DNA of 55,471 nt from an uncultured Candidatus Saccharibacteria bacterium (GTDB lineage: Bacteria; Patescibacteriota; Saccharimonadia; Saccharimonadales; CAZPPF01), in assembly GCA_964588395.1 (NCBI GenBank), contig CAZPPF010000003.1, positions 1-55,471 on the forward strand, written 5' to 3'. The notes beneath the pieces were generated by a model that worked only from the letters and a program-made list of their open reading frames with translations, made no database searches and was not told where the DNA came from. Position numbers and translations under genes: made by a program. Every line of letters starts with the position of its first letter. Within the stretch, counting starts at the first letter, position 1. Of the stretch, positions 22,834 through 31,827 are shown in pieces.

Positions 22834-23440
22834 GATCTAAACTCTGGCTGATTTTGAAAAACCGTTGAGCGGCGGTCACGGCTGCCAGGATTGCAACAAC
22901 GATACTCGCCAAAATAATTCGATTACTGAGCAGTCCAATTACTAACACCGCCATACGCAGCTCAAAGCCCATAAGTCCGGTACGAAAGGCCTTGTTGATC
23001 TGATGACTCTTAGTCTGACCAGCCGTGACCGCCTCGCCCCAAGCGTTCACGTAACTAACTAGCAGGGAGGCGCCCACAGCCGCTACTGCCCAAACGGCCA
23101 TGTTCGGGCGCTGACCATGTACAATGGCGTAACCGATTCCAATATACAAAACCACCTCCTTAACCCGGTCAGTAACTGAATCAAGCAGCATACCTGCTTG
23201 GCTAGCAGTACCTTGCAACCGCGCTAATTCTCCGTCGAGTACATCAAACAAGCCGAAGATTACTAACAGTCCAGCTGCCCACAGATTGTGATAGGTTGCA
23301 ATTAACCAAGCAATGGGAATATGTGCAAACAAGCTTGTATAGGTAACCATGGCAGGGGTCAGATGGCCACCGGATAGGCGATTTAAAAATTGTGCCAGCA
23401 TTCTCACTACTGATCGAACGACTGACCGAATTGTATCCAT
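22820..23440 (-). CDS. CDP-alcohol phosphatidyltransferase family protein
   Basis: DVLDGELARLQGTASQAGMLLDSVTDRVKE fits D-x2-DG-x2-AR-x8-G-x3-D-x3-D. It is a multi-pass membrane protein. Confidence 0.85.
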   Translation of the reverse strand: MDTIRSVVRSVVRMLAQFLNRLSGGHLTPAMVTYTSLFAHIPIAWLIATYHNLWAAGLLVIFGLFDVLDGELARLQGTASQAGMLLDSVTDRVKEVVLYIGIGYAIVHGQRPNMAVWAVAAVGASLLVSYVNAWGEAVTAGQTKSHQINKAFRTGLMGFELRMAVLVIGLLSNRIILASIVVAILAAVTAAQRFFKISQSLDHAQN

Positions 23441-23492
23441 CCGCCTATTATATCTTATAGGCTGAATTTCAGGGGTGGGCTATAATATCTCT

Positions 23493-24167
23493 ATGAAAAC
23501 GTGGACAGCAGTCCAACGACTCATTGCCTCTCTGGCCCTATCAAGTTTCGTGAGTGTGGGACTATTCTTGGTACGAGATCTCCATTATGGAACGAGTCGA
23601 TATATTTTTTTGAACTGGAATCTGTTTTTGGCCTGGTTACCGCTATTGTTTGCCTGGTGGCTCATGAAGTGGGTTGCCAAAAATCCCTGGATATCGTGGC
23701 AGGGAATGGGTCTGACGCTTCTATGGCTGGGCTTTCTTCCTAATAGTTTTTATCTGGTGAGTGATCTGATTCATTTGCAAACCACGCTCGCCAGCAATGT
23801 GTTCTACGATGTTGTGCTGCTAGTGTCTTTTGCCTGGAATGGGCTGGTACTGGGCTTCTTCAGCTTGTATTTGGTACACAGGCTTCTGATTAAACGTATA
23901 GAATGGCGATATGCTCATCTCTTGATAACTGGAGTGCTATTACTCTGTAGTTTTGCTATCTATCTTGGCCGTTATTTACGCTGGAGCACGTGGGATGTGC
24001 TAGTAAACCCGGCTGGCATTTTGTTTGATGTATCTGACCGTATTATTAATCCGGAGGCTCATGGTCAGACATTCACAACAACTCTTACTTTTTTCTTGTT
24101 GCTCGGTAGTATGTATCTGGTTTTGTGGCAGTTTGTTGGAGTCATTCGTGAACAAAAACACAGCTAA
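23493..24167 (+). CDS. DUF1361-like integral membrane protein
   Basis: Polytopic, Trp-rich (NWNLFLAWLPLLFAWWL...). ATG at 23493 with TATAAT (23481-23486) 6 nt upstream. The family call is from memory. Confidence 0.65.
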   Translation: MKTWTAVQRLIASLALSSFVSVGLFLVRDLHYGTSRYIFLNWNLFLAWLPLLFAWWLMKWVAKNPWISWQGMGLTLLWLGFLPNSFYLVSDLIHLQTTLASNVFYDVVLLVSFAWNGLVLGFFSLYLVHRLLIKRIEWRYAHLLITGVLLLCSFAIYLGRYLRWSTWDVLVNPAGILFDVSDRIINPEAHGQTFTTTLTFFLLLGSMYLVLWQFVGVIREQKHS

Positions 24168-24900
24168 GCCAACACTGGCTATTATTGGTTTTGGTGACTT
24201 TGCTCGGCTTATGATCAAGCACCTAAGCACTTATTTTGATATCGTTGTTGCGAGCCGTCAGGATATTACAGACAAGCAGGGCCTGGTATTTGAGCAAGTT
24301 GACACCCCAACTGCCCTTAGCCAACCAACCATTATTCCTTCAATGCCTGCGCAGTTTCTGGAGGAATTCTTTACCCAGAATCGGCAACACTTAAACGCCC
24401 AGTCTCTAGTGGTTGATGTCTGCTCGGTAAAAGTTAAGCCAGTTGAGATATTGAGCCGTGTTTTGCCCGAGAGTATCCAAATACTGGCCACTCACCCGAT
24501 GTTTGGCCCAACTAGTGCTAAAGATGGTCTGAAGGGGCAGCGAATTATGGTCCATCCAATGCGCCTACCAAAAGAACGTTACAATAAAATTAAGCAGTTT
24601 TTGGCCGGTGAGCTTGGCCTAAAGGTCATTGAAGCCACGCCAGAAGAGCATGACCGCATGATGGCCTATGCCCTGGGCTTGAGCCACTACATTGGCAGGG
24701 CGATGCAAGAAATGAATATTCCCACAAGCGAGATTACCACTCGGGCCTATAACGATCTACTTGATATGAAGCGAATTCAAGGTGGTGATAGCCTTGAACT
24801 GTTTGAATCAATCATGTTTGAAAACCCCTTTGCCGTCGACGTAAATATTCAGTTTAAACAAGCGCTAAAAGAGTTAGACCGCCGTTTAGGTATCAAGTAA
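24148..24900 (+). CDS. tyrA: Prephenate/arogenate dehydrogenase family protein
   Basis: LAIIGFGDFARLM (Rossmann GxGxxG), ATHPMFGP, HDRMMAY. The start is set at GTG 24148, which follows GGAG and a 6-nt spacer. The longer ORF-track N-terminus overlaps the previous gene. Confidence 0.75.
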   Translation: MNKNTAKPTLAIIGFGDFARLMIKHLSTYFDIVVASRQDITDKQGLVFEQVDTPTALSQPTIIPSMPAQFLEEFFTQNRQHLNAQSLVVDVCSVKVKPVEILSRVLPESIQILATHPMFGPTSAKDGLKGQRIMVHPMRLPKERYNKIKQFLAGELGLKVIEATPEEHDRMMAYALGLSHYIGRAMQEMNIPTSEITTRAYNDLLDMKRIQGGDSLELFESIMFENPFAVDVNIQFKQALKELDRRLGIK

Positions 24901-24911
24901 ACTAATACATA

Positions 24912-26561
24912 ATGCAAGAAATACGAAAAATTATTCAAGCGACTGTCAAAGATGTGTTCAATGAGGATATTGAGCCAGAGCTGACACGACCGGATGAACA
25001 ATTTGGTGATTACAGCACCAACGTTGCCATGCAACTGGCGGGAAAAGTAGGCAAGAACCCCCGAGAAATTGCCGAGGAGTTGGCCGGCAAGATTCGCTCC
25101 GATAGCATTCAAAAAACAGAGGTCGCTGGCCCTGGATTTTTAAATATTACACTTACTGACCAAGCTTTAGTAGATGCTTTGCATGTGGAGCACGCTAAGC
25201 CATATGCCGGGAAGACAGTAGTCATTGAACACACAGACCCCAATCCCTTCAAAGAATTCCATATAGGGCATGCGTATTCAAACACTATTGGAGAAAGCCT
25301 TGGCAGACTGTATAAAGCTGCCGGTGCAGATGTACATCAAGTTTCATACCACGGCGATAAAGGGCTCCATATTGCAAAAGCTGTTTATGGTATGAAACAC
25401 CTTAATATGGGTAGAGAAGAGCGGCCATTATCAAATATTCCAACAGAGCATAGAAAAGCATTTACTGAACTTGGTAAAGCGTACGCAGAAGGAGTAAAGC
25501 TTTACGAACATGATGGAAGCGCCAAAGAAGAAATAGAACGCATAAATCGAGCCATTTATGATCGGAGCGATCCAGAAATAAACAAATTGTATGATTTCGG
25601 AAGAGATGAAAGCTTTGAATACTTTGATTCTATTTATAAACGACTACATGTCGGTTTCGAAAAGCAGTATTTTGAAAGCGAAACGGGTCCGGAAGGTATT
25701 AAGATTGTCCAAGATCACATAGATGATGGCATTTTCGAAAAGAGTGATGGTGCTGTGGTCTTCAAAGGCGAAAAGTTTGATTTACATACCCGCGTTTTCA
25801 TAAATAGCCAAGGTTTACCAACATATGAGGCTAAAGAGCTAGGCTTGGCTTTTGCCAAGGAGCGTGATTACCATTTTGACGAAGCAATCGTGGTTACAGC
25901 TAACGAGATTGACCAGTACTTTCAGGTACTACTAGCGGCCTTGGGCGAAATTGATAAGGACTTAGCCAAAAAGATCAAACATGTTTCACACGGCATGGTC
26001 AAATTGCCCAGCGGTAAAATGAGTAGCCGAACGGGAGATGTCATTACAGCTCTTGAAGTTCTGGATATGCTGGAGCAAGCAGTCAAAAAAGCCGGCGGTG
26101 AACACGCCCAAGCGGTTGAAGACAATGTCCTTGGCGCGCTTAAGTACACATTCCTAAAACATCGGCTTGGTAGTGACATAGTTTTTGATATCAATGAATC
26201 AATCAGCTTAGAGGGAAACAGTGGTCCATATCTTCAGTATGCACATGCCAGAGCGTGTAGTATTCTGAGCAAAAAAGAGGTTCAAACGGCCGAACCAGAT
26301 TTTGAGCCAGACGAGCGAAGCTTAGTACGCAAAATTACCGAATATCCAGAGGTAGTTGAAAGGGCTGTGAATGAGCTCATGCCGCACCATATCTGCACGT
26401 ATTTGTACGAGTTGGCACAAAATTTTAATCGGTTTTACGAAAAAAACCGAGTGCTCGATGATCCGAGAGAAAATATTAGGCTCAACATTGTAGAAGGCTA
26501 CGCTGAAACACTCAAAAACGGCTTAACGCTGCTCAACATCCCCGCTCCAGAGAAAATGTAA
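24912..26561 (+). CDS. argS: Arginine--tRNA ligase
   Basis: NPFKEFHIGHAYS (HIGH), GKMSSRTG (KMSKS-like) and a C-terminal DALR-type anticodon-binding region. Confidence 0.95.
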   Translation: MQEIRKIIQATVKDVFNEDIEPELTRPDEQFGDYSTNVAMQLAGKVGKNPREIAEELAGKIRSDSIQKTEVAGPGFLNITLTDQALVDALHVEHAKPYAGKTVVIEHTDPNPFKEFHIGHAYSNTIGESLGRLYKAAGADVHQVSYHGDKGLHIAKAVYGMKHLNMGREERPLSNIPTEHRKAFTELGKAYAEGVKLYEHDGSAKEEIERINRAIYDRSDPEINKLYDFGRDESFEYFDSIYKRLHVGFEKQYFESETGPEGIKIVQDHIDDGIFEKSDGAVVFKGEKFDLHTRVFINSQGLPTYEAKELGLAFAKERDYHFDEAIVVTANEIDQYFQVLLAALGEIDKDLAKKIKHVSHGMVKLPSGKMSSRTGDVITALEVLDMLEQAVKKAGGEHAQAVEDNVLGALKYTFLKHRLGSDIVFDINESISLEGNSGPYLQYAHARACSILSKKEVQTAEPDFEPDERSLVRKITEYPEVVERAVNELMPHHICTYLYELAQNFNRFYEKNRVLDDPRENIRLNIVEGYAETLKNGLTLLNIPAPEKM

Positions 26562-27283
26562 TGACAGCTAAAGACGTGACTGTTGCTCTAAGAGATGTTG
26601 CTACTCCAGAGCGGGCAGTGGCAAACGCCTGGTTTTTCAAGACAGGGCCAGGCCAGTACGGCGAAGGTGATAAATTCCTGGGTGTCACCGTGCCTGAACA
26701 AAGAAAAATAGCTAAACAATTCAAAGAACTGCCGCTTAAACAGGTCGAAAAACTAACTATGAGCCCTTGGCACGAAGAACGGATGACTGGTTTGTTCATT
26801 TTGGTAGGCCAGTATAGTCGTGCCGATAAAGCGAACAAAAAACTAATTTACGAGTTTTATATTACCCACACCAAATGGATCAACAACTGGGACCTGGTGG
26901 ATAGTAGTGCCGAGTACATTGTGGGCCCGTGGCTGGATACTCGACCCGAAAAGATGATGGTACTCACCACACTTGCTGGCTCAAGCTTGCTATGGGATCG
27001 CCGTATTGCTATCATTGCCACTTTTGAGTACATAAGGCAGGGGAGGGCCGACGAGGCGTTAGTGATTGCCGAAGAACTCCTCGATGACCCACATGACCTT
27101 ATTCAAAAGGCCGTGGGCTGGATGTTGCGTGAGGTGGGTAAACGGGTTGGCCGAGCATTCCTAGAGGTATTTCTGGATAAGCATGCTGCTACCATGCCTC
27201 GTACGACATTGCGTTACGCCATCGAACACTTTAATGCCAAACAGCGAGAACACTATCTTAAACTACGCACAAAAACTTCTTAA
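26561..27283 (+). CDS. DNA alkylation repair protein (AlkD-like HEAT-repeat family)
   Basis: ...RAVANAWFFKTGPGQYGEGDKFLGVTVPEQRKIAK...NNWDLVD...WMLRE. The ATG overlaps the argS TAA (TAATG). Confidence 0.8.
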   Translation: MTAKDVTVALRDVATPERAVANAWFFKTGPGQYGEGDKFLGVTVPEQRKIAKQFKELPLKQVEKLTMSPWHEERMTGLFILVGQYSRADKANKKLIYEFYITHTKWINNWDLVDSSAEYIVGPWLDTRPEKMMVLTTLAGSSLLWDRRIAIIATFEYIRQGRADEALVIAEELLDDPHDLIQKAVGWMLREVGKRVGRAFLEVFLDKHAATMPRTTLRYAIEHFNAKQREHYLKLRTKTS

Positions 27284-27313
27284 CTGACCTGTAAGAAATT
27301 TTACTGCGTCAAA

Positions 27314-27346
27314 ACGGATAGATGATAAACTGAGCGTATCCGTTTA
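27314..27346 (+). terminator. Weak terminator candidate after the alkD-like gene
   Basis: ACGGATA (27314-27320) pairs with TATCCGT (27337-27343) around a 16-nt loop, followed by TTTA. Both the loop size and the T-tract are poor. Confidence 0.25.
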
Positions 27347-27519
27347 TGTAGAACGGACGAAGCCTTTCAAAATAGCTGCATTTTGCACAAAAGTGGGTAA
27401 GGGACAGAAACGTTGTAGACACAAAAACCATGCAACCCATGCGCATCAGCAGAAATTTTGAATCTCATTTAATTAATCTATAGCAGACCTCTGTTTGCTA
27501 TGCAGAAAGGAGATAGCCT

Positions 27520-28257
27520 ATGGCTATACATACTCCTGAGTTTGTTGCTGTGCCTGTACAACCGGAACTCCAACAGATTGTCGACGATGGTCCTTTGATA
27601 AGTGAGGATCAACCCGGGTGGAGTGTGAAAATTGGCGCTACCGTCGCGGCCCTAACTCTAGTCGCAGGCGGCTTCATACTGAACCGCGGCGATCATAAAC
27701 CCGTAGAAGCTGCTCGTATTTGGACGCCGGCAGCCGAGGGGGTAGATACAAATGTTCCTGACCCTTTCATGCAACTAGCCACAGCCGACGCATATGTTGA
27801 GCAACAACAAAAGCAGCTAGGTGATTTCCTAGATGCACTAGCTGCACAGAAAGCAGCTGAAGCGGAGGCTGTTCGCCAGGCAGAAGAAGCTCAGCGGGCT
27901 CAAGAAGTAGCTGACCAGGCACGTCAGCAGCAGGCAGCAGAAGAGCAACGCCTTGCCGCTCCAGCTAGCCCCGTTGCACCGCAGTCAAGTGGATCTGATA
28001 GCGACCAGGCATTCCTGGCCTGTACCCGTAGCCATGAATCAGATTCAGCAGGTGGTTATAGCGCAGTATCGCCTGACGGGCTTTACTACGGGGCTTACCA
28101 ATTTTTGATCGGCACTTGGAATAACATCGCCGCTATGGCCGGCCGGAGCGACCTGGTTGGTGTGCGTCCCGACCAAGCCTCGCCTGCCGACCAAGATGCA
28201 ATGGCTTTGTTTCTATACCATATGTCTGGCAACGCACCCTGGGGCGGACGTTGCTAG
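27520..28257 (+). CDS. Membrane-anchored protein with a C-terminal Rpf-like transglycosylase domain
   Basis: The C-terminus CTRSHESDSAGGYSAVSPDGLYYGAYQFLIGTWNNI...ASPADQDAMALFLY...GNAPWGGRC aligns by eye with the Rpf core (CESGG...GLYGGLQISQATW...SPQQQ...GPGAWPxC). It also has an N-terminal TM and a Gln/Ala-rich coiled coil. Confidence 0.75.
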   Translation: MAIHTPEFVAVPVQPELQQIVDDGPLISEDQPGWSVKIGATVAALTLVAGGFILNRGDHKPVEAARIWTPAAEGVDTNVPDPFMQLATADAYVEQQQKQLGDFLDALAAQKAAEAEAVRQAEEAQRAQEVADQARQQQAAEEQRLAAPASPVAPQSSGSDSDQAFLACTRSHESDSAGGYSAVSPDGLYYGAYQFLIGTWNNIAAMAGRSDLVGVRPDQASPADQDAMALFLYHMSGNAPWGGRC

Positions 28258-28327
28258 TAAAGCTATAAATTCTAGCTAAAAATAAGCTATAATATCCCAG
28301 TTGACATGGTGGGATTAAGGAGATAGC

Positions 28328-28732
28328 TTGGCCGAGGAAAAACGCAAAGTAATCGAGAAAAAAGAAGTCACCATGACCCTACCGGTGATTATTGCACCCA
28401 AGTGGATACAGGGCTTCGTTGATTTTGTACGTGAACAAAACGTTGTTAGTGTGGCCATTGGTTTGATCTTTGGTTTGGCCGCCAAAAGTTTAGTCGACAC
28501 CATTATGGTCACCATCATCAATCCTATTGTTGGCGTTATCTTGGGGACCAATAACCTGGACAATAAGTTCTTTTGTCTCAAGTCCGTGAATAATGTCTGT
28601 ACATCAAAGCTGGGCTGGGGAACACTGCTCAGTGCGGTCATCAACTTTTTAATCATTCTGGCGGTAGTCTATTTTGTGGTAAAGATTCTGAAGCTCGACA
28701 AGCTCGACAAGAAAAAAGAGATAGAACCATAG
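28328..28732 (+). CDS. mscL: Large-conductance mechanosensitive channel
   Basis: GFVDFVREQNVVSVAIGLIFGLAAKSLVDTIMVTIINPIVG. A TTG start lies 5-6 nt after AAGGAG; an alternative ATG is at 28373. Confidence 0.85.
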   Translation: MAEEKRKVIEKKEVTMTLPVIIAPKWIQGFVDFVREQNVVSVAIGLIFGLAAKSLVDTIMVTIINPIVGVILGTNNLDNKFFCLKSVNNVCTSKLGWGTLLSAVINFLIILAVVYFVVKILKLDKLDKKKEIEP

Positions 28733-28775
28733 TTCAGTATTGCCCCTAGGAGTAAAATAAAAGGAGGAGGAGACT

Positions 28776-28934
28776 ATGGAACCAGAAGAACCAAAAGACG
28801 AACATCCCGTTAAATCAGGTGGTTACGGCAAGCGGCCAATGTGGCAATGGGTTGTAATATACCTGATTGGTGCCGCAATCGTATATGGGCTTATCTACTT
28901 CCTATTTTTCCGAAGTAGTAGCGGTAGTTACTAG
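28776..28934 (+). CDS. Hypothetical small membrane protein (52 aa, below the ORF-track cutoff)
   Basis: AAAGGAGGAGGAG, 5 nt, then ATG. Translation: MEPEEPKDEHPVKSGGYGKRPMWQWVVIYLIGAAIVYGLIYFLFFRSSSGSY. It has one TM helix. Confidence 0.45.
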   Translation: MEPEEPKDEHPVKSGGYGKRPMWQWVVIYLIGAAIVYGLIYFLFFRSSSGSY

Positions 28935-28941
28935 GAGACAT

Positions 28942-29331
28942 ATGGCAGATACTAAGGTAAATCCTGACTTAACCGACCAGCAGAAAGATATTCTGTTTCA
29001 TAAGGGTACCGAAGCACCGTTTACTGGTCAGTTTTTACACAACAAAGACAATGGCATGTACACCTGTGCCAACTGTGGCGCTGAATTATTTAGCTCGAAC
29101 ACCAAATTTGATTCAGGCAGTGGCTGGCCCAGTTTTTATGATGTTGCCAAAAGTGGGGCAGTGAAGCTGGTACCCGACAATTCACTAGGTATGGCACAGA
29201 CAGAAGTCGTTTGCGCCAACTGTGGTGGGCATTTGGGCCACGTTTTTGATGATGGGCCCAATCCCACCGGGCAACGCTTTTGTATTAATGGCTGTGTGCT
29301 CGACTTTAAACCGAACAAACAAAAGCAGTAA
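28942..29331 (+). CDS. msrB: Peptide-methionine (R)-S-oxide reductase
   Basis: CANCGAELFSS...GSGWPSF...CANCGGHLGHVFDDGP. ATG at 28942 follows AGGAGA. Confidence 0.9.
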   Translation: MADTKVNPDLTDQQKDILFHKGTEAPFTGQFLHNKDNGMYTCANCGAELFSSNTKFDSGSGWPSFYDVAKSGAVKLVPDNSLGMAQTEVVCANCGGHLGHVFDDGPNPTGQRFCINGCVLDFKPNKQKQ

Positions 29332-29670
29332 CTAGCTCTTGGGGTATTTATCGCCCCATTCGGCCATTTGTTCTAAGATCGGAATAAAATCCTGGCCTTT
29401 TTGTGTCAGAGTATATTCAACACGTGGTGGTACTTCGGCAAAGCTGGCTTTGGCAATAACGCCGTGCTGAACAAGATCATCGAGCCGTTGTGACAATGTG
29501 CGGGGGCTAATGCCAGTCAGCGAACGTTCAATTTCAGTAAAACGTGCCGGACCTTCTAAAAGATGCGTCAAAATAAGGCCGGTCCATTTATTGCCAAGCA
29601 CACTCAAACAAATCGACACCTTTTCTTCAGTGCAGGGAACGTGGTTGGTCGTAACAGGGGCGGTCTTCAT
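29332..29670 (-). CDS. HxlR-family winged-helix transcriptional regulator
   Basis: CLSVLGNKWTGLILTHLLEGPARFTEIERSLTGISPRTLSQRLDDLVQHGVI. Confidence 0.85.
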   Translation of the reverse strand: MKTAPVTTNHVPCTEEKVSICLSVLGNKWTGLILTHLLEGPARFTEIERSLTGISPRTLSQRLDDLVQHGVIAKASFAEVPPRVEYTLTQKGQDFIPILEQMAEWGDKYPKS

Positions 29671-29671
29671 A

Positions 29672-29731
29672 ATACTTTACAAAATATAGTATTGACTCTA
29701 TACTCAAGTTCGTTAATACTATACAAAGTAT
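29672..29731. promoter_or_regulatory. Candidate HxlR operator pair in the divergent promoter region
   Basis: ATACTTTACAAAATATAGTAT (29672-29692) and, in inverted orientation, ATACTATACAAAGTAT (29716-29731) share ATACTTT..TATAGTAT half-sites. They lie between hxlR and the FMN-reductase gene. Confidence 0.3.
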
Positions 29732-29749
29732 ATCATAAGGAGAAAAAAT

Positions 29750-30337
29750 ATGAAACTAGGTGTTATAGTCGGAACAGTCCGCGAGGGTCGTCATACCGAA
29801 AAACTGGCAAAGTGGGTAGTCGCTGAAGCGCAAAAACAAGGTAATTCAGAAGTAGAGCTCCTCGACCTAAAAGATTATCCATTACCGTTTTTCGAAGAGC
29901 CTGTCTCGCCAAAATATAATCCGGATCGCCAACCAAGCCCTGGAGCCAAAAAATGGCTCGATAAGTTAGCGGAAAAAGATGCTTTTATAATTGTGACACC
30001 AGAGTATAACCACTCAATGCCAGGAGTGCTCAAAAACGCGCTAGATTACACCGACTTTCAAGCCATGCGCAAACCGTTTGCAATTGTTTCGCACGGAAGT
30101 GCCGGTGGAGCAAGGGCAGCAGCGCATCTGAAGAACGTTATTTCAGAAATACGCGGTGTTCCGATGTCGACCAATATGGCACTGACTATGCGTGTCAGTG
30201 AAGTGTTTGACGAAAACGGCACGTTGGCAGAAGAAATAGATGCTCAAGAACATGGTCCTAAAGATATCTTGGCCAACGTGTTGGGTGATCTGACGTGGTA
30301 CAGCGACGCGCTAGCCACTGCTCGTGCCAATGGCTAA
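29750..30337 (+). CDS. NADPH-dependent FMN reductase family oxidoreductase
   Basis: MKLGVIVGTVREGR...IIVTPEYNHSMPGVLKNALD, with SD AAGGAG. Confidence 0.85.
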   Translation: MKLGVIVGTVREGRHTEKLAKWVVAEAQKQGNSEVELLDLKDYPLPFFEEPVSPKYNPDRQPSPGAKKWLDKLAEKDAFIIVTPEYNHSMPGVLKNALDYTDFQAMRKPFAIVSHGSAGGARAAAHLKNVISEIRGVPMSTNMALTMRVSEVFDENGTLAEEIDAQEHGPKDILANVLGDLTWYSDALATARANG

Positions 30338-30867
30338 GCAGGCCAATCTACAGCCCTAATTTGCTCCCAGTTTTTCAAACATTCGTCAAAAATAAATAAT
30401 CCAATTTCTTTGACGTCTTCAAAGGTGTCTGTCTCTGGCAGAGCCAGAAGTTCTTTTTGCGAAAACAACCCAAAGTCGCGCGACTCATCTTCAGCAACTT
30501 CGTGCTTGGGTAACTCAGAGACAACGAAAGCAAAACCGATATCGGTATGAAAATGTGTATCACTAAAGCGATGCGTGTTGTAGCAAACTGGATAGGGGTG
30601 CAAATCGACATGGGGCAAGTGCTTTATGCGATGCTTAGGCTGAAGTAACGTGAGTTGACCTGGCTCGTAGCCAGCTTCTTCTTGCACTTCGTGAAGAACG
30701 GCTTGCCAAGGTGTTTCATTAAGCTCAATATGTCCACCAAACTGCAAGTAACGATTCAGCTTTTTGTGACGATGTAGTAGAATCTTTGGCTCTGACATAT
30801 CTATGCGAACTATATATGCACTGGCAGTGTGGTCGTGTTGTCCTGGCTCGGTATGGATATGTGGCAT
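30334..30867 (-). CDS. NUDIX hydrolase
   Basis: Nudix box GGHIELNETPWQAVLHEVQEEAGY. The start is set at the ATG at 30867 (MPHIHTEPGQ). Confidence 0.8.
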   Translation of the reverse strand: MPHIHTEPGQHDHTASAYIVRIDMSEPKILLHRHKKLNRYLQFGGHIELNETPWQAVLHEVQEEAGYEPGQLTLLQPKHRIKHLPHVDLHPYPVCYNTHRFSDTHFHTDIGFAFVVSELPKHEVAEDESRDFGLFSQKELLALPETDTFEDVKEIGLFIFDECLKNWEQIRAVDWPA

Positions 30868-30935
30868 AGATGCAGTGTAGGTAAGTTTAAGACAAGTTTC
30901 AACGCAAGCATTTGTTTTTAAGTATAATAAAGCCA

Positions 30936-31502
30936 ATGATTGATAAAAACGGTGTGCCGACGAAGCTGTTGTGGGTGGATCTTGAAATGACGGGACTTGA
31001 TCCAACTAAGGATGTCATCTTGGAGGTGGCCGCTGAAATTACGGACTTTGACTTCAAAACGCTGGCAAGCTACGAAGCCCGTGTCCAGCAGAAACAAGAA
31101 GTAGTGGCAGCTCGCATGCAGTCTAATATTTGGTGGAAAGACTTTCCGGAAAACCGCGACGAATTCTTGGCTAAGCTCGAAGAGGGCAAACCGCTGAAAG
31201 AAGTAGAGCAGGAGCTGATCGATCTTGTCAGCCAGCATTTTGGGACTGAACTAGCGGTGCTTGCTGGCAATTCAATTTATAATGACCGAATGTTTCTCAA
31301 GCATTGGTGGCCAACCCTGGATCTAAAACTACACTACCGAATGCTCGATGTCAGTGCCTGGAAGGTGCTCATGCAAGGCAAGTACGGAGTAAAATACGAG
31401 AAAAAAGAGGTGCACCGGGCTTTTGATGACATTCAAGCCAGTATAGCTGAATTACAAAGTTATCTTGATTGGTTTAAACAGCATGGACCACAAAACAGTT
31501 GA
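30936..31502 (+). CDS. orn: Oligoribonuclease
   Basis: LLWVDLEMTGLDP...ILEVAAEITD...GNSIYNDRMFL...HRAFDDI (DEDDh exonuclease motifs). ATG at 30936 with TATAAT (30923-30928) 7 nt upstream. Confidence 0.85.
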   Translation: MIDKNGVPTKLLWVDLEMTGLDPTKDVILEVAAEITDFDFKTLASYEARVQQKQEVVAARMQSNIWWKDFPENRDEFLAKLEEGKPLKEVEQELIDLVSQHFGTELAVLAGNSIYNDRMFLKHWWPTLDLKLHYRMLDVSAWKVLMQGKYGVKYEKKEVHRAFDDIQASIAELQSYLDWFKQHGPQNS

Positions 31503-31827
31503 AGACTATGTACTGAGCATGCCAAACGCCAAGCTCGATTACCCATTTGGCGAAGACGTGGCAGTGTATAAGGTCAAAGACAAAATGTTTGCGTTGATTA
31601 CTGAAAAATCTGATCCGGTTCGGATCAGCCTCAAATGTGACCCACAGCTGGCTACGCTTTTAAGAGAAAAATACGAGACCGTTATGCCTGGCTATCATTT
31701 GAACAAAAAGCATTGGAACACGGTGGTGCTCACTGGACAATTGCCCTGGGAAGAAGTGCAAGGTCTGATTCGCCACAGTTACGACCTGGTGGCAGGCAAC
31801 AAAAACGCTTTTCCTCAGTTTGATTGA
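31483..31827 (+). CDS. MmcQ/YjbR-family protein
   Basis: MDHKTVEDYVLSMPNAKLDYPFGEDVAVYKVKDKMFALI...HLNKKHWNTV. It overlaps the end of orn by 20 nt. Confidence 0.75.
   Translation: MDHKTVEDYVLSMPNAKLDYPFGEDVAVYKVKDKMFALITEKSDPVRISLKCDPQLATLLREKYETVMPGYHLNKKHWNTVVLTGQLPWEEVQGLIRHSYDLVAGNKNAFPQFD

Noticed and set aside
27284-27519. ydaO (c-di-AMP) riboswitch upstream of the Rpf-like gene
   Set aside because: The conserved G-rich blocks (GGGGA, GGGGUGAAUC, CCGAACCCG...AGCUAACC) are absent and the leader is AT-rich.
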